Shown piece by piece: positions 63,760-64,000 of a stretch of 64,000 bases of DNA (positions within the stretch are counted from its first letter, which is position 1; each line of letters starts with the position of its first letter). Both the position numbers and the translations under genes were made by a program. The DNA is from Eledone cirrhosa. Taxonomy: Eukaryota. The notes under the pieces are model-generated. The model had not been told where the DNA came from, made no database searches, and was given only the letters and a program-made list of their open reading frames with translations. Where the stretch lies: contig OZ024754.1 of assembly GCA_964016885.1 (NCBI GenBank), positions 39,184,001 through 39,248,000 of the forward strand, given 5' to 3'.

Positions 63760-64000
63760 CAAGAAGGTGTGTGGCTTAGTGGTAAGGGTGTTAGACTTAC
63801 AATCATAATGTCATGGGTTTGATTCCTGGACTGAGTTGTGTGTTGTGTTCTTATGCAAAGCATTTCATTTCGCTCCAGTATAGTCAGATTGGTAACATAG
63901 ACATACTGGTGTAGGTACAATAGCCAGTCAGCTTGGTAACATAGACACTGGTGTAGGTACAATAGCCAGTCAGCTTGGTAACATAGACATACTGGTGTAG

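Overview
Repeat-dense, AT-rich animal genomic DNA. The SINE, RTE-LINE and microsatellite content resembles a coleoid cephalopod such as octopus (inference). The only host gene I can support is a + strand serine palmitoyltransferase catalytic subunit (SPTLC2/LCB2/lace-like). Seven coding exons between 30463 and 62601 splice in frame through GT-AG introns into 338 codons with the DEAH and GTFTKS (PLP-lysine) motifs. I did not find the first exon, and the last exons lie beyond the window. The rest is RTE and L1/Tx1-like LINE fragments, two tRNA-derived SINE families, piggyBac- and mariner-like MITEs, minisatellites and microsatellites. Three observations stand out. (1) Several type I hammerhead-ribozyme motifs, most with palindromic stem III, sit in short segments mostly flanked by (TA)n tracts; three are on the sense strand of the gene's introns. 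(2) The 3' end and splice donor of two consecutive exons have been tandemly amplified into arrays of 6 and 21 donor sites. (3) There are long intronic fold-back hairpins and a (TA)n-associated element with asymmetric, co-varying inverted repeats. All pairings and coordinates were read by eye.
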